DNA of 64,000 nucleotides from Candidatus Woesebacteria bacterium (GTDB lineage: Bacteria; Patescibacteriota; Microgenomatia; UBA8517), in NCBI GenBank assembly GCA_013374855.1, contig CP055308.1, positions 272,715-336,714 of the forward strand, given 5' to 3'. The position numbers and the translations under genes were made by a program. Within the stretch, counting starts at the first letter, position 1; every line of letters starts with the position of its first letter. The notes under the pieces are model-generated. The model was not told the origin of the DNA. It saw nothing but the letters and a program-made list of their open reading frames with translations, and did not search any database. Shown piece after piece: positions 36,320 through 45,751 of this stretch.

Positions 36320-39300
36320 AAAACGGAAAGAGTTAAAACAATTAGGAAAACTTGTCTCTTATGGCGATTTTGTATTACCTCCAGTTATACCTGGCCCTAA
36401 AGTAAAAGACCTGTGTAAGAAGATTGATAATTTTTATAAAGGTTATCCAAGGCAACATCGAAAACAAAAAGCATCTGATTTAATCCATGGGGCATTCTAT
36501 GCAGTTAGGCCAGAATGTAAATCTAATGATGACTGGATGAGCCAATCAGCAAATTCGCTACGAGACGTTCTTTATCCATTTTTTAGTGAGGAAGTTAGTA
36601 AAAATAATTTACTAAAATTGTTCAGAAAATATGCAACAGATAAACAATATCGTAAAAAAACTCAGAATTTAAAATTTATTACGACATTTAATGCTCTTTA
36701 TAAAATTTATAAACAGTTGACTGATTTGGCTCATCATGGAACCAAACTAAGTGGATTTACGGAGGAAGAATATAATAATTTTTCAAGAAACGATTTTATG
36801 AATCTTATAAATAGTTTTGTTTCTATTTTAAGAGAAGTTCTTACTTTGCAGCAAATCTATATTCATACTGTCATAGATCTAATTGTGCAAAGAAAGAGAA
36901 AAACAAAAGCCCTTAAAGAAGATTTAGAATTGCTCTCAAAAGTAAATCCTGATGCTTGCCAATACTTTTTTATCAAAGTTGACGAGCAATGGTTAGGCTG
37001 GCTGTGGAAGAATGATTTTCTGGATGTTATAAAGCAAAAAGCAGAAGATCCGACTCGTTATAGTTATCTTACTCCAGAGCTTAATTATCTTGTTCGAATG
37101 GCAGAAAAAGTTCCTGCAAAAGTTGTTAATATTATGCTTGAGGTAGAAATATCAAAAGAAAATTTTAACCCCGAAGTTGTTGATAGATTTATACAAATTT
37201 GTAGTATTCTGCCGGCTGAGCAGCTTAAAAAGATTGTTCCTAAAATTCGTGACGAGAAATGGGTTTCTTTAATGAAAGGGTTTAATCAATGGGGTTTTGA
37301 ATATGAAAAGATGTTTCAAAAATTAGCAGAGGCGAAAGATTATGAGAGTATTATCGCTTTGGCAGAAGCAATCCTTTCGGTGAAAACAAAAGAAGAGATA
37401 GAAGGATATCAAATTGTTTTTGGTGACGAGCTATTTTACTTTGATGATTTGTTTTATACAAAAGTATTTGAATATTTAGTTGCCGTAAATGATAAATATG
37501 CTGAAAAAGCATTCGGATTAGCAATAAAAGTGATGGGTAAATTAATTGGGTTATTAAATAAAGATTCTGAAGAAGAAAGAGTATTTAAATTTTATGACAG
37601 ATATATACTTTCAGATGCAGACTTCTTTAATTTAGGGATTGAACAAAGAAGTCGTTTCTCAAGAGAAGGAAATATTGAAGGGCTTGTTATAGCAATTATT
37701 GAACTTGCTAAGAGATTGATTGTTGGAAAATGTGCGCAAGAAAGAGAAGAAGTTCGTCGAATTTTTAATCAATATATTGGCGACTTTGATGATATTAATG
37801 CGCCCTTACCAGATAGTCAGGCAATGTGGCGATTGCGTCTATTTTTTTTGAGCTTGTGTCCTCAGGTTTTCAAGGAAGAATTGAAAAAATCATTTTTCCG
37901 GTTATTTGAGGTTGAAAGCTATTATGAGATTATTCAAGGTGTGGAGTATTTAGAGGCATTGCGCTCTGGTTTTTATGTTTTATCTGATCATAATAAGCGC
38001 GGTTATGTAAACCGGGTTATAGAATATTTTGTAAAAAAAGAGAAAGAAGAAGAAAAAAGTGGACATTTAGATTTTGGTTCAAAGATTCTTTCTATGATTG
38101 CAAATCATTTGACAGAAGAAGAAAAGAAAAAAGCAGAAAAAATAGGATTTGTGATTAACCAAGATATTAAACCAGAGCCTGAAGTAAAGATAGGTGGGGT
38201 TGGACATATTTTTTCTCAACCACCGTTGTCTTATGAAAGTTTCCAAAAAATAGAAGTTCCTATAATTGCTGAAAAACTGCGTTCAGAATGGTCGCCCAAA
38301 GAGATCGCTGAAAAATATAAAGAAAGGTCAGACTTTTTCAATCGCATAAACGCAGAAGGCGTTGGAGAATACCTTCAAAAAAATATATCAGAGAGACTGC
38401 AGGATTATGTTGATAATGCTTTTAGGTTTTTTGATAGGGAAAATTTGGACTCTCATTACACTTATTCTTATCTTCGTGGGATTCAGGAAACAATTAAAGA
38501 TAATCGTGAACTTGCTGCAAAAGTAGATTGGAGTGGTATTATTAATCTCTTTAAATTAATTAAAGAGTCTGGAGAAAAAAATCAATTTGAGGAAAGAAAA
38601 AGAGAAAGAGAATTTTCTAATTTTTGGTTAGCTAGTTGGAAAACAGTGCATTCTGCAATGGCGGATGTTTTAAAAGAACTGCTTTCTTCAAAAAATGACA
38701 CAGAGGTAATTAATTTTGAAAAATACCGCAATGACATTGTTTCTATTCTCAAATATCTCTTTTTATATCCTGATCCTCGTCTTGAAGATGAAAAATTAGA
38801 AACTACTGACTTAAAAACAAAATCTTCAAATGATAAAGATTATATGGTTAGCGATCCTTTTAGTATTGCTATTAATTCGGTGAGAGGAAGAGTTTTTGAA
38901 GCCTTTTTATTATTTGTTTATCAAGACAGTAAGAGGTTTAAAGAAAAAGATAAGGTAAAGATAGCCGACGATGTAAAGTCTCTTTATGAAAATGTTTTAG
39001 AAAAAGAAAACACTCGTGCCATTATGTTTTTATTTGGTTATCATCTCCCCTCTTTTTATTATCGTGATAAACTATGGATAAAAAGACTTCTGAAGGTGAT
39101 TCTCCCCGGAGAAAAGTCAAAAAAGCATCTTTATACTGCAGCTTGGGAAGGTTATTTGTCTCAAAATCTTTATAAAGAAATTTTTTTTGATTCTGATTTT
39201 CAAAAACTATATGGGCGTGGAGTTGACTTAACTGACGACGATTTTCCACCTTATCAGAAACATTTTAAAGATCCTGAAAATGCTATTGGTATTCATCTTG

Positions 39301-39917
39301 CTCTTGCTTTTATATATTTTCCGGAATTTGGTTTTGAACATAATTTATTTAAAAAATTTTGGAAAACAAAAAGACCCAAAAGCCATAAAGAATTTATATC
39401 CTTTATTGGTAATAGTTGTCTGTCAAACGAGGTGGCTGGAGATGAATGGTTTGAAAAAAATAAAATAGATAAAGGAAAGCTTATTGAATTATGGAATTGG
39501 GCATTAAAGAATGTTTCAGATCCAAAAATTTTATCTGGTTTTGGCTCTTGGATTAATCCTAATAGAGAAATTTTAGATGATAATTTTGTAGTTGAAAAAA
39601 TAGCTTTAACAATACAAAAAACTGGCGGATACATCGATTGGGATTATGGTCTTTTTATGAGGTTGCCTTTTTTTGCAGAAAAGAATAAAGGAAAAACGTT
39701 AGAAATTATTTCGAATTATTTTCTTAATTCAAAAGGTAAACTTAATCAAAACTTTCGAAAGTTTCAATTATATGAGGAAGAGATAAAAAGGGCTATGATA
39801 ATTATTTATAAAAACGGAGATGAAAAAATAAGAGAAAAAGTAAAAATCTTAATAGACACACTTATAAGAGAGGGAAGTAATATATTTTGGGGGTTAAAGG
39901 AAGTTATAGGAGATTAA
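36291..39917 (+). CDS. 1208-aa hypothetical protein, predicted all-alpha and repeat-like, with no recognisable enzymatic motifs
   Basis: It is a long uninterrupted ORF in an AT-rich genome where long ORFs are unlikely by chance. Its start overlaps the methyltransferase 3' end by about 25 nt, which suggests translational coupling. The N-terminus is basic (KKKRRNKKRKE). No Walker A, HKD, PD-(D/E)xK, HNH or HEPN motif was seen by eye. Confidence 0.55.
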   Translation: MKMKKKRRNKKRKELKQLGKLVSYGDFVLPPVIPGPKVKDLCKKIDNFYKGYPRQHRKQKASDLIHGAFYAVRPECKSNDDWMSQSANSLRDVLYPFFSEEVSKNNLLKLFRKYATDKQYRKKTQNLKFITTFNALYKIYKQLTDLAHHGTKLSGFTEEEYNNFSRNDFMNLINSFVSILREVLTLQQIYIHTVIDLIVQRKRKTKALKEDLELLSKVNPDACQYFFIKVDEQWLGWLWKNDFLDVIKQKAEDPTRYSYLTPELNYLVRMAEKVPAKVVNIMLEVEISKENFNPEVVDRFIQICSILPAEQLKKIVPKIRDEKWVSLMKGFNQWGFEYEKMFQKLAEAKDYESIIALAEAILSVKTKEEIEGYQIVFGDELFYFDDLFYTKVFEYLVAVNDKYAEKAFGLAIKVMGKLIGLLNKDSEEERVFKFYDRYILSDADFFNLGIEQRSRFSREGNIEGLVIAIIELAKRLIVGKCAQEREEVRRIFNQYIGDFDDINAPLPDSQAMWRLRLFFLSLCPQVFKEELKKSFFRLFEVESYYEIIQGVEYLEALRSGFYVLSDHNKRGYVNRVIEYFVKKEKEEEKSGHLDFGSKILSMIANHLTEEEKKKAEKIGFVINQDIKPEPEVKIGGVGHIFSQPPLSYESFQKIEVPIIAEKLRSEWSPKEIAEKYKERSDFFNRINAEGVGEYLQKNISERLQDYVDNAFRFFDRENLDSHYTYSYLRGIQETIKDNRELAAKVDWSGIINLFKLIKESGEKNQFEERKREREFSNFWLASWKTVHSAMADVLKELLSSKNDTEVINFEKYRNDIVSILKYLFLYPDPRLEDEKLETTDLKTKSSNDKDYMVSDPFSIAINSVRGRVFEAFLLFVYQDSKRFKEKDKVKIADDVKSLYENVLEKENTRAIMFLFGYHLPSFYYRDKLWIKRLLKVILPGEKSKKHLYTAAWEGYLSQNLYKEIFFDSDFQKLYGRGVDLTDDDFPPYQKHFKDPENAIGIHLALAFIYFPEFGFEHNLFKKFWKTKRPKSHKEFISFIGNSCLSNEVAGDEWFEKNKIDKGKLIELWNWALKNVSDPKILSGFGSWINPNREILDDNFVVEKIALTIQKTGGYIDWDYGLFMRLPFFAEKNKGKTLEIISNYFLNSKGKLNQNFRKFQLYEEEIKRAMIIIYKNGDEKIREKVKILIDTLIREGSNIFWGLKEVIGD

Positions 39918-40056
39918 ACTGAAATTAAATCTTGCCAAACATTAAGCTGCAGATCTTAGCTTTTTCTTTGAGTAAACAAAGTTTTTTGTTGGGATTATTC
40001 AGTTTTTAGGCTCTTTTAAAAAGAAGGGTATGACAATATAATTTGATTAAATTTTA

Positions 40057-41325
40057 ATGGATATCTTTGATAAACTTGCCAAAAATATAAAATTTAGAGT
40101 CAAAAACACGATTTTGCGCCTGAAGGCGTACTTCAAGCGGCTTATCTTTCCTCTGTATCTTTTTCCAATTAAAATTATTACCTATTCTGCCTATTACCTT
40201 ATCAAGTTTGAAGCTAAATTTATTTTTGCTTTTTTGCGTCTTTTTTTTGAGATAATTGTTTTCCCCTTCAAAAGTTTGAAAAATTTTTTGAAGTCTGTTG
40301 CTGTTGTGGTTGTGTTTGTCTATATTGTTGCCTCTCTTTTTGTTATTATTGATTATCTTTCTAATTATTATGGTGATTTAAGAAAATATTTTTGTGTTAT
40401 TGAGAGAAGCAAGCTCCAAAATTCGGTTGTTAGAGTTGTCGGCGGACATTCTGAAGGTTCTGGGTTTTTTATAGCAGAGGATCAGGTCTTGACGAATTTC
40501 CATGTAATTTCCTACGAGGTAAGTCCAAAAGTTATTTTGCCAAGTGGAGAGTTTGTGTTACCAACCAAAATAGTTGGAGACAAAAATGCCGATTTGGCGG
40601 TTATTTTTACTGAGAAAAAATTTCCGGAGATGGTTTTTAAACTACCCGACAATGTTCAGATTATTCCTGAAGAAACACTCCTTTCAATTGGATATCCTTT
40701 GGGAACAGGTCTGAGTGGTAGAGCAACAATACTTAAGGGCAAGTTCATTGACTTCAGAAAACAGCGAAGTCTGCCGGTAAGGTATTTACAGACAGATATA
40801 AATTTAGTTAAGGGAATGAGTGGAGGACCTGTTACTGATTTGTGTGGACAGGTTGTAGGAATAAACACTCTTGGCTTGGCCGGTCTTTCTTTATTTATTG
40901 TAGCTTCTGATGCGAAATCTATTATTCCGAATATGACTGATCGAGATACTGCAAAGATAGAAGTTGACCCTTCTGTTTCTCCTGAGGAGGCTGTTAGAGC
41001 CTTCTATACCTATCTTAAGGCACGAAGAATGGAAGATGGTTTTAATCTTTTGAGCAAAGAATATCTAAATAAAACCAATTTTGAAGAATGGACAAGTAGA
41101 TTTAAAGATGTTTTAGATGTTGATGTGGTTAAAGTAGAAAAATACGAGGATTCGAAGGATACAGTATTTGTGAAGTTCACAACCAAGAATTGGATTGACG
41201 GAGAGGTGGAAATGCGTTTTTATGAAGGCACTTGGCAGACAGTAAAGGAGGATGGTGTTTACAAGATGAACAAAAGCAAGATTAAAGAGATTCCAAGCCC
41301 CGATTGGTTGTGGTTTTATTTTTGA
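40057..41325 (+). CDS. Membrane-anchored trypsin-like (S1/DegP-type) serine protease with an extra C-terminal domain
   Basis: Two N-terminal TM helices. Catalytic triad context is TNFHVI (His), DLAVIF (Asp) and GMSGGPV (Ser). The C-terminal 130 aa (YEDSKDTVFVKFTTKNWIDGE...) are unassigned. Confidence 0.7.
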   Translation: MDIFDKLAKNIKFRVKNTILRLKAYFKRLIFPLYLFPIKIITYSAYYLIKFEAKFIFAFLRLFFEIIVFPFKSLKNFLKSVAVVVVFVYIVASLFVIIDYLSNYYGDLRKYFCVIERSKLQNSVVRVVGGHSEGSGFFIAEDQVLTNFHVISYEVSPKVILPSGEFVLPTKIVGDKNADLAVIFTEKKFPEMVFKLPDNVQIIPEETLLSIGYPLGTGLSGRATILKGKFIDFRKQRSLPVRYLQTDINLVKGMSGGPVTDLCGQVVGINTLGLAGLSLFIVASDAKSIIPNMTDRDTAKIEVDPSVSPEEAVRAFYTYLKARRMEDGFNLLSKEYLNKTNFEEWTSRFKDVLDVDVVKVEKYEDSKDTVFVKFTTKNWIDGEVEMRFYEGTWQTVKEDGVYKMNKSKIKEIPSPDWLWFYF

Positions 41326-41359
41326 GTTGGAGCTTCTTGATGGAGTATAATTTAAAATT

Positions 41360-41815
41360 ATGAAAGTTGAAGAAGCTGTTGCTTTGATTTATGAGTGTGC
41401 AAAAGAGGTTTATGCAGAGCTTGGCACGGGTTGGAACGAGTCAATATATCAATCTGCAATGGAGGTTGCTCTTCGCCATAGAGGTTTAATGTATGAGACA
41501 CAAAGAATTTTGCCAATTACTTTTAAGGGTCATGTAATTGGGGAGTCAATTCCAGATCTTGTTGTGTGGGTGGAGGAAAAGGGGGTAAAGACTGCAATTG
41601 TTATTGATTTAAAGGCAGATACTGGAATAAAAGAGGATCATGATGTTCAGGTAAAAAGATATATTCAAGAGCTCAAGAAACAGGTTCATAAAGACGAAAG
41701 TGTTTATTCGAAGGGGTACTTAATCAATTTTGTTAAAGAGTCAACCTCTAAAAGACTTGCGGAAGGAACGTATGAAGATTTTAACGGAGTGCAGATTTTG
41801 GAAGTTTTTTCTTAA
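41360..41815 (+). CDS. GxxExxY-family protein (PD-(D/E)xK-like fold family)
   Basis: GWNESIYQSAMEVAL matches the family-defining GxxExxY-Q-x-A motif. It is followed by IPDLVV ... DLK, which resembles a nuclease-fold core. Confidence 0.55.
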   Translation: MKVEEAVALIYECAKEVYAELGTGWNESIYQSAMEVALRHRGLMYETQRILPITFKGHVIGESIPDLVVWVEEKGVKTAIVIDLKADTGIKEDHDVQVKRYIQELKKQVHKDESVYSKGYLINFVKESTSKRLAEGTYEDFNGVQILEVFS

Positions 41816-41872
41816 GAAGCCAGAAAAACAGCCTCCATCCAACTTGTTCAAACCTTGATTTTTTCTTTATTT

Positions 41873-42307
41873 TTATTCTCGCTTAAAAACCCAAAAACAG
41901 GCAGCATCTTCGCCGTAGCGAGTGACAGAAACTGCAATTTTTTCAGACCCCTTTTCGTAATTGTAACCACCACCAAAGGATTTAATATCTTTGCAGTCAG
42001 GATAATCCTGATGAACCAGCTTCCACCCGTTTTCTTTTAGGAATTGGCAATAATTTTTGACAAAGTCGGCGCTTTTTTCCTCAACATAAAAGGCGTCTTT
42101 CCCGCATTTATCTGCATCTACTTTGGCTTTGGGATAGGTGGGAATATTTGGCTTTCCTTCTTTGATATCTAAATCACCAGATAGCTGTTTTTCTATCTTA
42201 ACTGGATTTGTGGCTGCCTTTTTTGAGGGAGAAACCTTGTTTTTAATCAAAATTCCTCCTACTAAAGCTGCTGTTACTGCTGCAACAACAACGAGGTTTT
42301 TCTTCAT
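41873..42307 (-). CDS. Secreted or lipoprotein-like hypothetical protein with conserved cysteines
   Basis: An N-terminal signal or TM segment (MKKNLVVVAAVTAALVGGIL) and a small Cys-containing globular domain. Confidence 0.4.
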   Translation of the reverse strand: MKKNLVVVAAVTAALVGGILIKNKVSPSKKAATNPVKIEKQLSGDLDIKEGKPNIPTYPKAKVDADKCGKDAFYVEEKSADFVKNYCQFLKENGWKLVHQDYPDCKDIKSFGGGYNYEKGSEKIAVSVTRYGEDAACFWVFKRE

Positions 42308-42378
42308 TAAATCACCCCCTTTTTCTAGATTTTAATTTCTTGGCAAACGGTTTTCAAGAAAATGAACAGAAAATAGTT

Positions 42379-42852
42379 TTATTCCAACTCGCCAATCTCA
42401 TATTGGGGAAGAAGACTTTGGGCGCGAGGTGGATGAGGACCTTTTCCGCCCGGTCTGTTTAAGAAAAGAGTGGTTGCGTCTTTGCCACAACCCTCAATTA
42501 TTGTCTCACCTCCCGGGTGGCTGTTAATGAAAGATGTTACATCATATACTTTTCCCTTAATTGCCAGCCAGCAATTATCTTTTGTTGAATGTTTTGATAG
42601 TTCCTCACTACTTATAGTGCTTGAGATTGGTTTTTTTGAGTTTTGGCTTGTAGATTCAGTTTTTGGTTTTTTTATGAAAGTAAGATAAGCTGTTACGAAA
42701 ATTGCAGGTAGGAGGATTGTGGGGATAATAAAAAACAACTTGAATGATTTTTTGGAATTTTTTTCTTGCTGGTGTTGTAGACTGACTGATTCTTGGTTTT
42801 CTGTTTCTTCCATAATGGAGTTAAAAATACTAAAAATTTTATTTTTTGTCAA
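42379..42852 (-). CDS. Membrane-anchored cytochrome b5-like heme/steroid-binding domain protein
   Basis: CWLAIKGKVYDVTSFINSHPGG ... GKDATTLF is the cyt-b5 HPGG motif with both heme-ligand His contexts. It is preceded by a TM helix. Confidence 0.65.
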   Translation of the reverse strand: MTKNKIFSIFNSIMEETENQESVSLQHQQEKNSKKSFKLFFIIPTILLPAIFVTAYLTFIKKPKTESTSQNSKKPISSTISSEELSKHSTKDNCWLAIKGKVYDVTSFINSHPGGETIIEGCGKDATTLFLNRPGGKGPHPPRAQSLLPQYEIGELE

Positions 42853-42908
42853 AATTGTGCTTGTTTTGTTTGAGTTTTTTATTATCCTGTTTTGCTAAAA
42901 TCTATTAG

Positions 42909-44276
42909 ATGTTGGATGGATTTGAAAGGATTTTTTTCTTGGGAATTAAGGGTGTGGCGATGGCAAACCTAGCTGTTTTCCTTAAGCAAATGGGAAAGGC
43001 TGTTTGCGGAGTTGATTATTCTGAAGAATTTATCACAGATAAACTTCTCATTGAAAACAACATTTCTTGGCAAAATGATTTTTCTATCTTGCCTCGGGGA
43101 GTTGATTTGTTTGTATTTTCAGCAGCTCATGGTGGAATAAACAGCCTCTTGGCTAAATTGGCAAAAGGAAGAAATATTAGAATAATTTCCCAAGCAGAGC
43201 TGATTGGGGAATTAATGAAAGGTTTCCAGACGAAAATTGCAGTGGCGGGTTGTCATGGAAAGACAACAACATCTTCTTTACTTGCATTTTCTTTGAATTG
43301 TTTGGGTAAAAAACCTTCTTATTTGGTGGGGGTACCTTACTTTATGGAATATCCTGGTGCTTTTTATCAGGGAAATGATTATTTTGTTGTAGAGGCGGAT
43401 GAATATGGAATTAATCCTCCATTGGATAAGACTCCAAAGTTTTTTAAGTTGAACCCTGATTGGATAATTGGATTGAATATAGACCATGATCATCCGGATG
43501 TATATAGAGACATTAGTGATACAAAGAAAGCTTTTTTAAAGTTTTTTGAGAAGAGGAAACTGATTTTAAATTTAGATGATGAAAACACTTTTGATGTTCT
43601 GGATAAGATAAACTCGAAAAAGATTGTTACTTATGGTTTTAGTGGGAATGCGAATTATAGGATAGTTGATTTTGGAGTGGTTGATAACAAAACTTTTTTT
43701 GAATTAGATGGGATTGGTGTTTTTAAGATTTCTCTCTTTGGAAAACATAATGTTTTGAATGCAACATCAGTTGTTGTCATGCTGATTGAGCTTGGTTTTG
43801 AAGTGGAAGATATTATAAAAGCAATTATTAATTTTAAAGGGGCGAAAAGAAGGCTTGAGCTTTTATATAAAAAGAATGGAAATTATATTTTTGATGATTA
43901 TGCGCACCATCCGAAAGAAATAGAATCGACGATTAGGGCAGTTTTGAGCAGATTTCCTAATAAGAAAATTGTTGTTGTTTTTCAGCCCCATACCTTTTCC
44001 AGAACTTTTTATTTAAAGAAGGATTTTGTTGAATCTTTGTCTCTTTCTGATTTTAGTTTTGTTTTACCTATTTTTGGGTCTGCCAGAGAGAAGGAGGATA
44101 AATACCAGATTAGTCACAAAGACATAGCTGATGGAAAAAAGATTTTTTCTGTAGATTCAAATGACGAATTGCTTGTCTTTTTGAAGAGGGTCTTAAATAG
44201 GAACTTTGTTTTATTAATAATGGGAGCAGGTGATGTTTATAAGTTGAAGGATAGTATTATCGGTATTATAGACTGA
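42909..44276 (+). CDS. murC: UDP-N-acetylmuramate--L-alanine ligase
   Basis: N-terminal IFFLGIKGVAMANLAVFL. The Mur ligase P-loop is AVAGCHGKTTTSSLLA. The length is 455 aa. Confidence 0.85.
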   Translation: MLDGFERIFFLGIKGVAMANLAVFLKQMGKAVCGVDYSEEFITDKLLIENNISWQNDFSILPRGVDLFVFSAAHGGINSLLAKLAKGRNIRIISQAELIGELMKGFQTKIAVAGCHGKTTTSSLLAFSLNCLGKKPSYLVGVPYFMEYPGAFYQGNDYFVVEADEYGINPPLDKTPKFFKLNPDWIIGLNIDHDHPDVYRDISDTKKAFLKFFEKRKLILNLDDENTFDVLDKINSKKIVTYGFSGNANYRIVDFGVVDNKTFFELDGIGVFKISLFGKHNVLNATSVVVMLIELGFEVEDIIKAIINFKGAKRRLELLYKKNGNYIFDDYAHHPKEIESTIRAVLSRFPNKKIVVVFQPHTFSRTFYLKKDFVESLSLSDFSFVLPIFGSAREKEDKYQISHKDIADGKKIFSVDSNDELLVFLKRVLNRNFVLLIMGAGDVYKLKDSIIGIID

Positions 44277-44289
44277 ACAATTTTTCTTG

Positions 44290-44361
44290 AGGCACGAGAG
44301 GGAATCGAACCCTCGCATAGCTGTTTTGCAGACAGCCGTGTTTCCACTTCACCATCGTGCC
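44290..44361 (-). tRNA. tRNA-Cys (anticodon GCA), 72 nt, with CCA not encoded
   Basis: The minus-strand read gives acceptor GGCACGA/TCGTGCC, a 3-bp D stem (GTG/CAC), anticodon stem GCTGT/ACAGC with loop CTGCAAA (GCA), T arm GAGGG-TTCGATT-CCCTC, and discriminator U. Confidence 0.8.
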
Positions 44362-44399
44362 GCACTTTTATTTTACCTTTTTTGAATTCATAACGCAAA

Positions 44400-44440
44400 A
44401 GCCCGCCTTATTGGCGGGCTTATTAATTTTTTATTTTTGT
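44400..44440. terminator. Rho-independent terminator-like hairpin between the tRNA-Cys/hsp20 and murC regions
   Basis: AAGCCCGCC-ttatt-GGCGGGCTT is a 9-bp GC-rich stem. It is followed by ATTAATTTTTTATTTTT on the plus strand. Confidence 0.5.
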
Positions 44441-44839
44441 TTAACCCTCTTTTGCTTTGACAGTGATTTTCCTTGGTCTTGCAGCTTCGGTCTTTGGAAT
44501 AGTGATTGTGACTATTCCGTTTTTGACTTCAGCTTTGGTTTTTTGCCACTCGCCACCTGATAGGGCAGTGGTGTAGTAGTATCGGAAACTTGAAGACTGG
44601 TATTCGTCTTTTTTCTTTTCTTCCTTTTTGGTTTCAGCTTTTATGGTAAGAACACCGTCTTCGATTTCCACTTCCACGTCTTTTGCAGGAACACCTGCAA
44701 CCACAGCTTCTACGATAATGTCCTTGTCGGTGTCTCTTACCTTAAGACCTTTTGGTTGATATAAATTTTCCCAGTCTTCATCCCACGTTGGGAAACTAAA
44801 GAGGTTTCTGAAAGGATCTCTTATTGTCAGGTTTACCAT
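44441..44839 (-). CDS. Small heat shock protein (Hsp20 / alpha-crystallin family)
   Basis: An alpha-crystallin domain (DIIVEAVVAGVPAKDVEVEIEDGVLTIKAE ... G.L.I.IPK) with the GVLTI motif. Confidence 0.85.
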   Translation of the reverse strand: MVNLTIRDPFRNLFSFPTWDEDWENLYQPKGLKVRDTDKDIIVEAVVAGVPAKDVEVEIEDGVLTIKAETKKEEKKKDEYQSSSFRYYYTTALSGGEWQKTKAEVKNGIVTITIPKTEAARPRKITVKAKEG

Positions 44840-44962
44840 TTTTCTCTCACCCCCTTTCTAGCACTCTAATAAATTGAGTGCTAATATTATAATATTAATT
44901 GGGTTATTAGTTGTCAAGAGCTATTTTAAGCTGATAAACTTGAGTGGTTTGAACATTTTTCT

Positions 44963-45751
44963 ATGAAGAATATTAGGAGGTTTTTATTTGCTTTTTTTTT
45001 GGTCTTGCTTTTGTTTTTTTTGTCTTTACTTGTTTTTAACTTTTTCTGGCCAAAAAAGGCGGGAATTTTTGTCTCCAGCGAGCCCAAGTCAGTTGTTTTT
45101 ATAGATGGAGAAAAAGTAGGTGAAACTCCAGTCGAAAAGCTTTTAAATCCGGGTGAGGTAATAATTAAGCTTTTGCCGGATAATTCTGAAGAAGGGTTTG
45201 AGACGAGGATAAATCTTGTATCTGGAGTTAAAACGATAGTCCAGAGACATTTTAATAATCAAAACACAGACAGTGCGGGTATTGTGATAACCTTTGAGAA
45301 GGGGAATCCTAAAAAAACTCTAGCTTCGATAATATCGGTTCCCGAAAATGCTCAAGTGTTAATTGATGGTCAATTGAGAGGTAATACACCATTGTTTCTT
45401 GATGATATTTCTCCTGGAAAACATGAAGTAACTGTTATGGCTACAGACTATATTTCCAAAACCATTTCTGCACGTTTTTACAGGGGTTATAAATTCATAG
45501 CTTTTTTTGAGCTTGCTCCTAGAACAAGTTTGGGTGTTCCTAAAGAGAAAGATGAATCATATGTCGTTCTAAAAGAAAAAGCTAAAGGTTTCGAGAGTCC
45601 GTCTAAAACTTCTAGAGTGGTTAAATCTTTGGATAAAGGGGGTAGTTATTTATTTTTGGAGAAAAGTGAGGACGGTAAGTGGTACAAAATAAAAGTTGGG
45701 GAGGATTCGGTGTGGGTAGAGTCTGCTTTGGTTGAGACCAAATCTCCTTAA
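44963..45751 (+). CDS. PEGA-domain membrane-anchored protein
   Basis: N-terminal TM helix and two PEGA-like repeats (KSVVFIDGEKVGETP and PENAQVLIDGQLRGNTP). Confidence 0.5.
   Translation: MKNIRRFLFAFFLVLLLFFLSLLVFNFFWPKKAGIFVSSEPKSVVFIDGEKVGETPVEKLLNPGEVIIKLLPDNSEEGFETRINLVSGVKTIVQRHFNNQNTDSAGIVITFEKGNPKKTLASIISVPENAQVLIDGQLRGNTPLFLDDISPGKHEVTVMATDYISKTISARFYRGYKFIAFFELAPRTSLGVPKEKDESYVVLKEKAKGFESPSKTSRVVKSLDKGGSYLFLEKSEDGKWYKIKVGEDSVWVESALVETKSP

Noticed and set aside
36291-39917. Reading the third operon gene as DrmA/BrxC/PglZ-type ATPase or phosphatase
   Set aside because: There is no Walker A/B, helicase or alkaline-phosphatase-like motif recognisable by eye, so I could not assign it to a known defence component. 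It is reported as unknown.
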